NCBI GenBank assembly: GCA_963836075.1
Contig: CAWIIB010000001.1
Location: 352,001 to 416,000, forward strand
DNA: 64,000 nt
Direction: 5' to 3'
DNA from: an uncultured Acidobacteriota bacterium
GTDB lineage: Bacteria; Acidobacteriota; JAQAZP01
The notes beneath the pieces were generated by a model. The model ran no database searches. It worked only from the letters and a program-made list of their open reading frames with translations, and was not told the DNA's origin. Made by a program: the position numbers and the translations under genes. The first letter of the stretch is position 1; the number at the start of each line of letters is the position of its first letter. Of this stretch, positions 50,790-59,523 are shown one piece after another.

Positions 50790-52226
50790 TCAGTTGTCAT
50801 GGTCTATCGCGGCCCCCGGCAAAAATGGGTCGGCCACCACGTTGCCGTCCAGTTCAAAGGCCATGATATGGGCGTTTTCCAGATACTGGTAGGCGTGCCA
50901 GCGGTTTCCCGGAGGCAGACCGGGAATCTCCTCAGCCGCCTGGACGAAAAAGGCCGCCCCGGAGTCGAGACGCTTCCCGGTGAACTCGTCCCGAACGGTG
51001 ACGTAGCAGTCAGCCACTGCCCCGCCGACGTCACCCTTGAGCTGAGCCAGGGCGCAACCGGGGGAGCAGAAGAGCCTGGGGTCCTCCGTTCCACAGACCA
51101 CCTCCACCAGGTAGACCGTGTCGAAAAGGCGGCTGCCGCACCCGGGGCAACGGCCCAGTTCCCCTCCCCCTCGCGAGGCGGCCATTCCCGGCAGGACGAC
51201 ACCGAGAAAGAGCAGCAGGGAGAGCCCTCCGGCCACCAGCAGCGTCCCGGCCGGCCTCTGGTCACCATCCCCCCTGCCGGCGGCACAAAAGAGCAGCAGA
51301 CCGCCCCAGGCGGCGCAGAGCAGCCCCACGGCCAGGGTGACGGCCATCCACGGCCCCTGGGCGGTCTTGCCCAACAGGCAATAGAGGCAGTGGTGGTAGG
51401 GCAGCCCGGTGAGACGTGGAGTGATCACCTCCATGGCCACGATTCCGGCCAGCAGTACCAGCAGCGGCAGAAGCAGGAGCAGGGCCAGGGCAACCAGGCT
51501 GGCCAGGCGGGGCCTGTTTGCCACGTCCCACCAGCCTTTGATGACCGACAGCCCGGCGGCAAGGGAAAGAACCGCGCAGAGCATGACGCTGCCGGAAAGC
51601 AGGGGGAGAGCCAGCTGCGCGTGCTGCGCGCCGAAGATGCTGCCGGGGAGCAGGGCGGAAAAGCGACCGGGAAGATCATAGACCGAACCGCAGCAGTAGA
51701 CCGGCTGGTCCGGGCGGAGGGAGAGCAGCACGACGATTTCCAGCAGACAGTCGAGCAGCAGCAAAACCAGCGAGACGAAGAACAGGACCGGTTCCAGGGG
51801 TGATCGTTGCCGTGCCCGCCCGGGGTTCCGCCGCTCCAGGCCTGCGTGGCTCAGTCGCAGCACGATCCAGCCGCCGAGAAAGAGGACCAGCAATGGCCGT
51901 GCCGTCTGCAACAGGTTGGCCCACAACGGGCAGAGCCTGGTGACCCCGAAGATGCACATCGCCCCGGAAACGTGGGGCACGGCGCTGGACAGGGCAAGGT
52001 AGGAGAGCGGCCAGGCGATGGTGCGCAGGCCGAAGGCGGTGAGCAGCAGCAGGAAAACGAGGTAGGCCCCCTCCCCTTCCAGCCCCCGGCCGGAGGGCTC
52101 GCCGCCGGACGGTTCGGCCTCCCGGACCAGGGAACGGCGCAGCCACACCCCGGAGGCCGCCAGGCCCAGCAGCAGTCCGATGACGGCCACAAAGAAGGAG
52201 AGGATGATCGGGCCATTGAGAATCAT
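50790..52226 (-). CDS. Cys/His-rich polytopic membrane protein with C-terminal NosL-like domain
   Basis: About 9 hydrophobic segments; GAMC, YCCG, YHHCLYC; C-terminal RCPGCG...FCSPGC...RDEFTGKRLDSGAAFFV. Confidence 0.75.
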   Translation of the reverse strand: MILNGPIILSFFVAVIGLLLGLAASGVWLRRSLVREAEPSGGEPSGRGLEGEGAYLVFLLLLTAFGLRTIAWPLSYLALSSAVPHVSGAMCIFGVTRLCPLWANLLQTARPLLVLFLGGWIVLRLSHAGLERRNPGRARQRSPLEPVLFFVSLVLLLLDCLLEIVVLLSLRPDQPVYCCGSVYDLPGRFSALLPGSIFGAQHAQLALPLLSGSVMLCAVLSLAAGLSVIKGWWDVANRPRLASLVALALLLLLPLLVLLAGIVAMEVITPRLTGLPYHHCLYCLLGKTAQGPWMAVTLAVGLLCAAWGGLLLFCAAGRGDGDQRPAGTLLVAGGLSLLLFLGVVLPGMAASRGGGELGRCPGCGSRLFDTVYLVEVVCGTEDPRLFCSPGCALAQLKGDVGGAVADCYVTVRDEFTGKRLDSGAAFFVQAAEEIPGLPPGNRWHAYQYLENAHIMAFELDGNVVADPFLPGAAIDHDN

Positions 52227-52909
52227 GGGCAGAGTTCCATCCTCCGGTCGGCAATTTCACGAAAACGGGTGTCGTGGCTGGCCACCAGCAGCCCGGCACC
52301 ACGCTGCCGCGCCAGGCCCAGCAGCTGGAGGATCAGCTCAGCTGATCGGGGATCGGCGTTGGAGAGCGGCTCGTCGGCCAGCACCAGGTCCGGTTCGGCG
52401 GCCAGGGCCCGGGCCACGGCCACCCGCTGCTGTTCACCACCGCTCAACTGTTCGGTGCGGTGGTTTTCCCGGCCGGCCAGGCCCAGCGTGCCGATCAGCG
52501 TTCCGGCCCGCCGCCGGCACTGTGCGCCGGACAGGCCACGGATGCGCAGCGGCAGGGCAACGCTTTCCCAGGCCGGCATCCGCTCGAAGAGCTGGTAGTT
52601 TTGAAAGACGAACCCCACATGTCGGCGGCGCAAGCGGTTGCGCCAGGCCGCGGAATCATTTGAGACGTCCCGCTGGAGAAAAAGGACCCTGCCGGAGGTG
52701 GGCCGCCAGAGCAGTCCGGCCAGCCCCAGCAGCGTGGTTTTCCCCGAACCGGAACAGCCTTCCACCAGCACCAGCTCCCCCCGGGCCACCACCAGGTCAG
52801 CGCCATGGAGAACGGTGACCGGGTCCGCACCGGCGGTGGTGGGCGGAAAGGCCCTGGTCACCCGATCCAGCCGGACAAGTTCACTCCCCGCTCTGTGCGG
52901 CTCCGTCAT
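52223..52909 (-). CDS. LolD/MacB-type ABC ATP-binding protein
   Basis: GCSGSGKTT, VGFVFQNYQL, LSGGEQQRVAVARAL, LADEP. Confidence 0.93.
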   Translation of the reverse strand: MTEPHRAGSELVRLDRVTRAFPPTTAGADPVTVLHGADLVVARGELVLVEGCSGSGKTTLLGLAGLLWRPTSGRVLFLQRDVSNDSAAWRNRLRRRHVGFVFQNYQLFERMPAWESVALPLRIRGLSGAQCRRRAGTLIGTLGLAGRENHRTEQLSGGEQQRVAVARALAAEPDLVLADEPLSNADPRSAELILQLLGLARQRGAGLLVASHDTRFREIADRRMELCP

Positions 52910-54102
52910 CCTCCACCCCCCAGCAGCAATTTGCCCGGTTCCACCGACGCAGCCCGCCAGGCCGAGGCCACCGCCCCGCTGCAGGTCACCGAAATGCTGA
53001 AGACATAGACCAGCAGCACCGGCGTCCAGCCCATCAAGTAGGGCAGGCGAAAGAGGGGAAGTTCCTCGGCGCCGGGCATCAGGAAACCGTTGATCGGCCA
53101 GCCGGACCCCAATTTCAGCCAGAGCACTGCGGCAATCACAGCCATTGACGCCCCGGCCATGGCAATGATCAGTGATTCCATCATCTGCAGCAGCAGCACT
53201 TCCCAGGTCTCCCAGCCCATGCTCTTCAGCAGAGCCACCTCCCGCCGCCGCGCCGGGAGTCCCAGGCCCGAGGCCAGGGCCAGCACCGGGATGGTGATCG
53301 CCAGGGCGGCGAGAAAGTAGACCAGGAACGCCCCGACCCGGCGGTCGAAGCCGCCGTGGAAATACCCTTCCATCATCGCGCGGTCCTGGATCTTGGCCTC
53401 CGGGCCCAGTTCATCGGCCAGTCCGGAGGCCACCCGTTCAGCGTAGCCGCTGCGGCACCAGACCATCAGTTCTGTGGCCATCCCCGGGGCGTGGAAAATC
53501 TCCTGCAGGTCTTCGAAGTTGCCGAGGATCATTCCGGCGCTCCAGACCGGGCTTCGCGGAGAATCGAGAATCCCGGCCACCTCGAAGGTGCGGTAGCGGA
53601 AGCGCTCCGGGCCGTCCACCGGCAGGGCGATGCTAAGGCTGTTCCCCGCGGTGAGGCCGAAATGACGGGCGATGGCCGCCCCCGGGAGCAGCTCGCCCCG
53701 TCGGAGAACGGGCAGCTCCCCATCCGCGCGGTCCGCTGCCACACCGCTGGCCGGTCCAAAACCGGCCAGCACTGCCGGCAGGTCCTCGATCAACACCCGG
53801 CCCACCACCCGGGGCACCACCCGCACCACACCGGCGGCATGATCCACCTCTTCCCGCCAGGAAAGGGGCACCGAGCAGGGCCGGCCAAAATCATCGCCGG
53901 CCACCAGCAGGTCGGGCCCGGCTTCCAGCATGGCCAGGGCTTGCCTTTTCAGCCCCTCCTGCATGGCCAGAGCGGTGAGCAGGGGAACCGCCGCCGCCAG
54001 CAGGCAGAGCAGCACCACCGTGCTGCGCAGACGGAAGCGGAGCAGGTTGGCTGATGCCATGGCGAGGAACGAGGCCCATATTCGCCAGCGCCGTACAGCC
54101 AT
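52906..54102 (-). CDS. FtsX/MacB-like ABC permease
   Basis: NLLRFRLRS then a TM, a large periplasmic domain, RRREVALLKSMGW and C-terminal SAWRAASVEP; GGAGGT SD. Confidence 0.9.
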   Translation of the reverse strand: MAVRRWRIWASFLAMASANLLRFRLRSTVVLLCLLAAAVPLLTALAMQEGLKRQALAMLEAGPDLLVAGDDFGRPCSVPLSWREEVDHAAGVVRVVPRVVGRVLIEDLPAVLAGFGPASGVAADRADGELPVLRRGELLPGAAIARHFGLTAGNSLSIALPVDGPERFRYRTFEVAGILDSPRSPVWSAGMILGNFEDLQEIFHAPGMATELMVWCRSGYAERVASGLADELGPEAKIQDRAMMEGYFHGGFDRRVGAFLVYFLAALAITIPVLALASGLGLPARRREVALLKSMGWETWEVLLLQMMESLIIAMAGASMAVIAAVLWLKLGSGWPINGFLMPGAEELPLFRLPYLMGWTPVLLVYVFSISVTCSGAVASAWRAASVEPGKLLLGGGG

Positions 54103-54479
54103 CACCGGACCTCCACGGCATGGCGCTGGAGGACCAGACGGGGAATGGCGTCTCCCTGCCGGTTCCTGGGAAAGCTGGTCAGTGTGGTGCAGCGGTCGGG
54201 GGAATAGGAAATTCCGGCGGGAACAGGCCACTCATCCCCCCGGCCCGCACCCTCCAGCCGGGGGTCGAAATTGCCCAGCGTCCAGCGGGGCAGAATGGAG
54301 GCCCCCATCCCGGGCATCAAGGCCCAGCCGGTATCCGTCAATTTCGATGGGTCAGGTCCGGTTTCCAGGCCCTGGGAGCCGATGAGGCCCGTGCCGGCGA
54401 TTGCCAGCAGCGGAAGGAGAACAAGGCCGCAAAGCGGGAGCAGACCCGCTCCGCCGACCATGGGGCGAGTTCGGTTCAT
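54102..54479 (-). CDS. Small membrane-anchored hypothetical protein
   Basis: One N-terminal TM; its stop codon overlaps the permease start. Confidence 0.55.
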   Translation of the reverse strand: MNRTRPMVGGAGLLPLCGLVLLPLLAIAGTGLIGSQGLETGPDPSKLTDTGWALMPGMGASILPRWTLGNFDPRLEGAGRGDEWPVPAGISYSPDRCTTLTSFPRNRQGDAIPRLVLQRHAVEVR

Positions 54480-54517
54480 GCGGTCGCCACAAAAAGCTGT
54501 CCGGTGAACCGCCGGTG

Positions 54518-55996
54518 CTAGAAACGATACACCAGGGTCAGTTTTGCCCCCTTGAACGGGTCCTCGTAGCGGCACTGGCCGCCGGAACAGACCTGGCCGC
54601 CCTTGAGCGACCCGACAAAAAGCGTCCCCTGCAGGGAGTCGGTGATATTGGCCGTCAACTCGCCTCCCCAGAAATTGTTGTAGTCCCAGACAGGCACCTG
54701 GGCATACTGGTACAGGGCGCTGAGAATCCAACGTCCGGAAAAGGAATAACCGATGGAGGATTCGATTTCGGTGTTGCAGAAGAAGGGGTCCCGGGCATAC
54801 TTGATCAGGCCGTCGATGATGATGCTGTCCCGCTCAAAGACGTCGATGGTCGCGGCCAGCGATGCCTTGTCCTCGTTCTTGCCGTCCACCTCGGTCCGCT
54901 TGCCGGCCCAGACGTGGATATAGCCGATGCCGAAGAGGTCGTCCTGCTCGATCCCGCCGTAATAGTGCTCCACAATAGAGCCGTTGAGCAGGTTCTCGAA
55001 CCGGCTGTAGCTGACGTAGAGGTCTGAACCGGTCTTGTTGATGTAGTAGCTGGGTTTGACCCGGAACCCGCGCGTGTCGTCCGGAGCGAAGAACTCGTCC
55101 AGCCGGTCGGCATTGGGCGGGTTGTTGTGATTGTACTTGAACCGCTGGTAGTCCTTGTATTCGGCCAGCAGGGTGAACTCCCCCTGGTAGTAGGTGGCGG
55201 CCATGTAAAGGCCGTGGCCCTTTTCCCCGGAGGGTTCCAGCTCGCTGTCCTTGACCGCGTATTCCCCGTAAAAGTCGAGGTGATCGAAGATGCCGGGTAT
55301 GTCAACAAAGAAGCTGCCCAGGAGATGCTCACCCTCGATCCAGTCGTCGGTCTTGTCGTCGGAGTAGACACCGGTGACGCCCAGCCTGATATCGCGGGGC
55401 AGGAGAAAGGCCGCCCGCAGACCGCCGATCCAGTCCTGTTCGTCGGTGATCTTGTTGTCCACGAAGCCGCCCAGCAGATCGAATTCAAAATGCTTGAAGG
55501 TAAACGAGGTCCGTGCGCCGCGGATGGTGCTGTCGAGGAAGATCACCGGGTCGTAGAGGACACTGAGGGTCATGCCCCGCTCGAAGGAGGTGAAGAAGTC
55601 GCCGGCCACGCCGTAGAACTTGTCGCCGGAATAGTCGATGAACGCCCGGTCCACCTGGACGAAGTCATTGAACTCCCGGTACGGTTCGCGGGGGAAGAAA
55701 TTGGCGATGTTGAGGGTCAGGCCGATGGTCACCCGGCCCTTGTGCAGGTAGCCGTCGAAAATATTGCGATACTGGTTTTCTTCCCCGGCGTTGAACATCT
55801 CCTGGTTGTAGCGGTATTCAAAGGCGTTGCTGCCCGTGAAATTCCACCCGTCGTACCAGCTGTCGTCCGTGTCGTCCTCACCCTCGTCACCAAGGACAGG
55901 TCCGCTCACGGCAAGGAGGGGCAGAAGGAACAGGGCAATGATCATCAGGAAACGGCCGGGCCGGATCGCCCGTTTGAACAGATCAGCCACGATCAT
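54518..55996 (-). CDS. Outer-membrane beta-barrel protein (DUF6029-like)
   Basis: Signal peptide, amphipathic Tyr/Gly-rich strands, GDFFTSFERGMTL, EYKDY, C-terminal GGQVCSGGQCRYEDPFKG...YRF. Confidence 0.75.
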   Translation of the reverse strand: MIVADLFKRAIRPGRFLMIIALFLLPLLAVSGPVLGDEGEDDTDDSWYDGWNFTGSNAFEYRYNQEMFNAGEENQYRNIFDGYLHKGRVTIGLTLNIANFFPREPYREFNDFVQVDRAFIDYSGDKFYGVAGDFFTSFERGMTLSVLYDPVIFLDSTIRGARTSFTFKHFEFDLLGGFVDNKITDEQDWIGGLRAAFLLPRDIRLGVTGVYSDDKTDDWIEGEHLLGSFFVDIPGIFDHLDFYGEYAVKDSELEPSGEKGHGLYMAATYYQGEFTLLAEYKDYQRFKYNHNNPPNADRLDEFFAPDDTRGFRVKPSYYINKTGSDLYVSYSRFENLLNGSIVEHYYGGIEQDDLFGIGYIHVWAGKRTEVDGKNEDKASLAATIDVFERDSIIIDGLIKYARDPFFCNTEIESSIGYSFSGRWILSALYQYAQVPVWDYNNFWGGELTANITDSLQGTLFVGSLKGGQVCSGGQCRYEDPFKGAKLTLVYRF

Positions 55997-56582
55997 CTTC
56001 CCCCTCCGCACTGCTGCTGTCCGTGTCGGCTCCCTCGCCGGCGCCGGGAAGCAGTTCGAGAATCTTGTTCCTCAGTTCCACTTCGTCGCCGGTGTTGTAG
56101 CCGAGGTGGGTGTAGACCACCTTGCCATCCAGGTCGATCAGCGCCAGGTAGGGCAGAATGGCCCGGGGGTTGTAGAGCTTGACCACCTGCTGTTCCGAAT
56201 CGAGCAGCACGGGGTAGCTGTACCCCTTGCGCCGGACCAGCGGTTTTACCCCGGGGATGTCGCTGGGCCCGTCGGTATTGATGGCCAGGATCTCCAGCCC
56301 GCGGTCCTTCAACTCTTCATAGAGTTCCTGCAGCTTGGGCATCTCCTTGCGGCACGGTTTGCAGGCAATGTTCCAGAAGGAGATCACCACCACCTTTTCC
56401 CCGATGAGATCGCTGAGCCGGTGGGTAGTGCCGTCGGTGGCCTTGAGGCTGAAGTCGGCGGTCTTCTTCGAACCGCCGGCGGCCTGGGCCGGGGCGGCCG
56501 CAGCCAGCAGGACAACCAGCGCCAGGGCCAGCGTCAGACCGATGCCGACCAGGTTGGACTCGTGCTTCCTCCACAACTTCAT
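55983..56582 (-). CDS. Periplasmic TlpA/ResA-family disulfide reductase
   Basis: Signal peptide, DFSLK, FWNIACKPCRKEMP, YPVLLD, cis-Pro loop ILP. Confidence 0.92.
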   Translation of the reverse strand: MKLWRKHESNLVGIGLTLALALVVLLAAAAPAQAAGGSKKTADFSLKATDGTTHRLSDLIGEKVVVISFWNIACKPCRKEMPKLQELYEELKDRGLEILAINTDGPSDIPGVKPLVRRKGYSYPVLLDSEQQVVKLYNPRAILPYLALIDLDGKVVYTHLGYNTGDEVELRNKILELLPGAGEGADTDSSSAEGEDDRG

Positions 56583-56647
56583 TCCGGATGTTCCTTTCTC
56601 GCATGACCGCGTCGGGCATCGTCTCGAGCCCGTTCCGGTCTCAGGTA

Positions 56648-57217
56648 TCAGAGCAGTGACTCGACGGCCGCCCGGATTTCTTCCTCGTCGTAGCCGATGA
56701 AGATGTAGCGAACAACGAAGCCCCGGTCGATGACCACGTTCACCGGCAGGGCCCCCATGCCGTAAATCTGGTCCACGGTGCCCTGGGTGTCGGCCAGCAC
56801 CGGGAAGGTGATGCCGTATTCGTCGGCCCACTCGGCGGCCTGTTCCACGGTGGCCCGGTCCCCGCCGATGACATCGTCGTCCACCAGCACCTCAAGGGTG
56901 ATGAAGCCCTGGCCCACGTACTCCTGGTAGAACGCCTCGGCCTCTTCAGCCTCCTCCCGGCAGGGAACGCACCAGAGGGCCGAGAGGGTGAGCAGGATCA
57001 CCTGCCCCCGGTAGTCCGACATGGTGGTGGTGCCGCCGTACTGGTTGGGCAGGTTGAAGTCGATTGCCGGTTCGCCCACGCCTACAACGCCGCTCGGGCC
57101 CACCACCTCTTCCTTGCAGCCAGCGGTGAAGACCATCCCAACCAGCAGAAACAGGACGGCCATCCTCCGGATTCCGGAAGGACGGAACGGTATGAAAGTC
57201 AATTTTTCTCTGCGCAT
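56648..57217 (-). CDS. Lipoprotein TlpA/redoxin family protein
   Basis: Lipobox TAG-C, DFNLPNQ, WCVPC, FPVLAD, ALP. Confidence 0.9.
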   Translation of the reverse strand: MRREKLTFIPFRPSGIRRMAVLFLLVGMVFTAGCKEEVVGPSGVVGVGEPAIDFNLPNQYGGTTTMSDYRGQVILLTLSALWCVPCREEAEEAEAFYQEYVGQGFITLEVLVDDDVIGGDRATVEQAAEWADEYGITFPVLADTQGTVDQIYGMGALPVNVVIDRGFVVRYIFIGYDEEEIRAAVESLL

Positions 57218-57311
57218 ATCCTCTATTCCCCGCCTTTCAGGCTCCCCAAGGACCTGGTCATCAATCTGTATATAGATCTTCCGGCAAACGACAAAATCTC
57301 TCCACAAAAGC

Positions 57312-57353
57312 AACTCCTGTTGGAGTTTAGCCGGAATTCACGGGCCATGTCAA
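57312..57353 (-). promoter_or_regulatory. sigma70 promoter with overlapping palindrome, upstream of the TlpA operon
   Basis: TTGACA-18 nt-TAAACT on the minus strand; AACTCC-N4-GGAGTT overlaps the -10/+1 region. Confidence 0.6.
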
Positions 57354-57360
57354 TCAACAA

Positions 57361-58599
57361 TCAGTTTATTTTCAACATGGCGAAGTGAAGATATTCCGTT
57401 TCCGGCGCAGCGGGCAGAACAGGATGGTCCATGGCCTGTCCGCCCCAGGCCAGCAACCGGGCCTCCCGTCCCGATTTCCCGGCGGCCGCAGCCAGTATCT
57501 TGCGAAATGCTTCACGGCCAATGAGGTGTGAGCAGCTGGAGGTGAGCAGGTAGCCGCCACGGTCCACCAGCCGCAGCGACGCGGTATTCAGTTTGGCGTA
57601 TTTGCGTTCGGCATCCACCAGCCCCTTCCTCGATCTGGCCAGTGGCGGCGGGTCGAGCACCACCAGGTTGAACCGCCGGCCCGCCGCCAGCAGTTCCCGG
57701 GCCGTTTTCAGTGCGTCCCCCTTGACCCACTCAACCCTCTCCTCCACCCCGTTGAGCCGCGCGTTGGTTTCGGCGGTGGACAGAGCGGGCGCCGAACTGT
57801 CCACGCCCAGCACCTCCCCGGCTCCCAGCAGGGCCGACTTGATGGCCCAGGAGCCGCTGTAGCAGCAGATGTCGGCCACCGTATCTCCCGGCCGGACCAG
57901 TCGGGACAACTGTTCACGGTTCTCCCGCTGGTCAAAGAAAAATCCGGTTTTCTGGCCACCGAGGAGATCCACGGAAAATCGGCAGCCGTTCTGGCCGATT
58001 TCCACCATCAGGGAGTCGCCGTCAGCGCACCGGCCAACATCTCCTTCTCCGGACAACACTTCCCTGCCCTGATCCAGACCTTCCAGCGTGCGGTAGGGGC
58101 TGTCGCAGCAGAGGACAACCCCCTCGGGCTGCAGTTCCTCCCGCAGGGCCTGCAGCACACTATCCCGCTGCCGCTCCATTCCGGCGGTGAGCAGCTGGAC
58201 CGACAGCCACTGGCCGTAACGGTCCACCACCAGGCCGGGCAGATGGTCCGATTCGGAGAAAACAAGTCTCAAGGCGTCCAGACCGGGGTAAATCAGCTGC
58301 CGCAGACCGACCGCATCACGAATCCGGCGTCGGAAAAACTGGTGATCCACCGGTTCGGGACTCCTGGAGAGCAGCCGGCAGGCGATGAGTGTGGCGGGAT
58401 TGTGGTAGACCGTGGCCACAAATGCGCCACGGCTGGATACGAGGGCGGCCAGTCCCCCGGCTTCCACCGGATCGCTCCGCCCCAGGTCCAGTTCATTGGA
58501 AAAAACCCAGGGATGACCGGAGAGAACCCGCCGTTCCTGCCCCCGGCGCAGCCGCAGGACCGGGAGTTCCGGTGCGGGCATCTGGTTATTCCCATTCAT
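57361..58599 (-). CDS. rlmI: RlmI/RlmK-like SAM-dependent rRNA methyltransferase
   Basis: GHPWVFSNE (PUA), SESDHLPGLVVDRY, GQKTGFFFDQR, LDPP, SSCS, DHP. Confidence 0.88.
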   Translation of the reverse strand: MNGNNQMPAPELPVLRLRRGQERRVLSGHPWVFSNELDLGRSDPVEAGGLAALVSSRGAFVATVYHNPATLIACRLLSRSPEPVDHQFFRRRIRDAVGLRQLIYPGLDALRLVFSESDHLPGLVVDRYGQWLSVQLLTAGMERQRDSVLQALREELQPEGVVLCCDSPYRTLEGLDQGREVLSGEGDVGRCADGDSLMVEIGQNGCRFSVDLLGGQKTGFFFDQRENREQLSRLVRPGDTVADICCYSGSWAIKSALLGAGEVLGVDSSAPALSTAETNARLNGVEERVEWVKGDALKTARELLAAGRRFNLVVLDPPPLARSRKGLVDAERKYAKLNTASLRLVDRGGYLLTSSCSHLIGREAFRKILAAAAGKSGREARLLAWGGQAMDHPVLPAAPETEYLHFAMLKIN

Positions 58600-58629
58600 T
58601 GATTTTCATATCGGGGATGCCGTTGGGAT

Positions 58630-58659
58630 AAAAAAAAAGCGTCCGGTTTTGCCGGCCGC
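58630..58659 (-). terminator. Probable intrinsic terminator after carD
   Basis: Minus strand reads GCGGCCGG-CAAAA-CCGGACGC followed by T9. Confidence 0.65.
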
Positions 58660-58702
58660 CCCTTGCCTCACCGTCAGTTGACGGAAACCCTGTCGCAAGC
58701 AA

Positions 58703-59224
58703 TCAGCTTCGCGCCGTCCGCTGTTTGTAGGTGATCGCCTTGTCCACCCGCTCACTGGCGGCGTTTTCGCTCAGCTTTTCGGCTTCGGCCACTTCGGAGA
58801 TGATCATCTCCCGGGCCCGCTCCATCATTCGCTTTTCCCTGTAGGAGAGCGGTTTTTCAAGATTGAGGTGGTGCAGGTTTCTGAAGACTTCGGCCACGTC
58901 CTCGATCTTGCCGGTCTGCATCTTCTCGCTGTTTTCCTTGAACCGGCCCTTCCAGTTGCGGCTGGACTTCGGTGTTTTTTTCCGCAGCATTGTCAACAAC
59001 TTGGAGACTTTGTCCTTGCTGATCACGGAACGAAGACCCAATATGTCCGATTTCTCGATGGGGACAAGAACCGTTGTGTCGCTGCCCAGGATTCGGAGGC
59101 GGTAGAAGGAACAGGACTCGGCTGAGTCATCACTGAACGCAGCGGTTTTGCAGATTTCCTCCACAACACCGACGCCCTGGTTGGGATAAACGATCTTGTC
59201 GCCCACTTTGAACTTGCTGGCCAT
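58703..59224 (-). CDS. carD: CarD family transcriptional regulator
   Basis: FKVGDKIVYPNQGVG, VLVP..GLR, NWKGR, LSYREKRM. Confidence 0.93.
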   Translation of the reverse strand: MASKFKVGDKIVYPNQGVGVVEEICKTAAFSDDSAESCSFYRLRILGSDTTVLVPIEKSDILGLRSVISKDKVSKLLTMLRKKTPKSSRNWKGRFKENSEKMQTGKIEDVAEVFRNLHHLNLEKPLSYREKRMMERAREMIISEVAEAEKLSENAASERVDKAITYKQRTARS

Positions 59225-59320
59225 CAATTGCCTTCCATTTTTCCTAAAACGCCATATAATACCAAATTATTGAACCGATTACAAGTTTTGGCTTTCCCGG
59301 GGGCCTCAAATCTTGCCTCA

Positions 59321-59350
59321 TTGACCTTTTGTCCGCCCCTTTGCTACTAT
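59321..59350 (+). promoter_or_regulatory. sigma70 promoter of tRNA-Leu
   Basis: TTGACC-18 nt-TACTAT with an extended TG. Confidence 0.7.
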
Positions 59351-59378
59351 TTCACCTCGCTCTTGTGGCGACATGGGT

Positions 59379-59466
59379 GCCGGAGTGGCGGAATTGGCAG
59401 ACGCACGGGACTCAAAATCCCGCGGGCCCTAGGCTCGTGTCGGTTCGACCCCGACCTCCGGTACCA
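59379..59466 (+). tRNA. tRNA-Leu(CAA)
   Basis: Acceptor stem GCCGGAG/CTCCGGT, D-loop TGG, anticodon arm CGGGA-CTCAAAA-TCCCG, long variable arm, GGTTCGAC T-loop, encoded ACCA. Confidence 0.97.
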
Positions 59467-59523
59467 GTTTTTTCCCTTCTGCCGGCCGGGCCGCCTCCCG
59501 GAAAAACACGGAGCCCGTTGGAA

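Noticed and set aside
54102-54104. TGA ending the small ORF before the ABC permease as a possible second Sec codon
   Set aside because: It is a normal stop/start overlap with the next gene in a different frame, with no Cys-type motif context.
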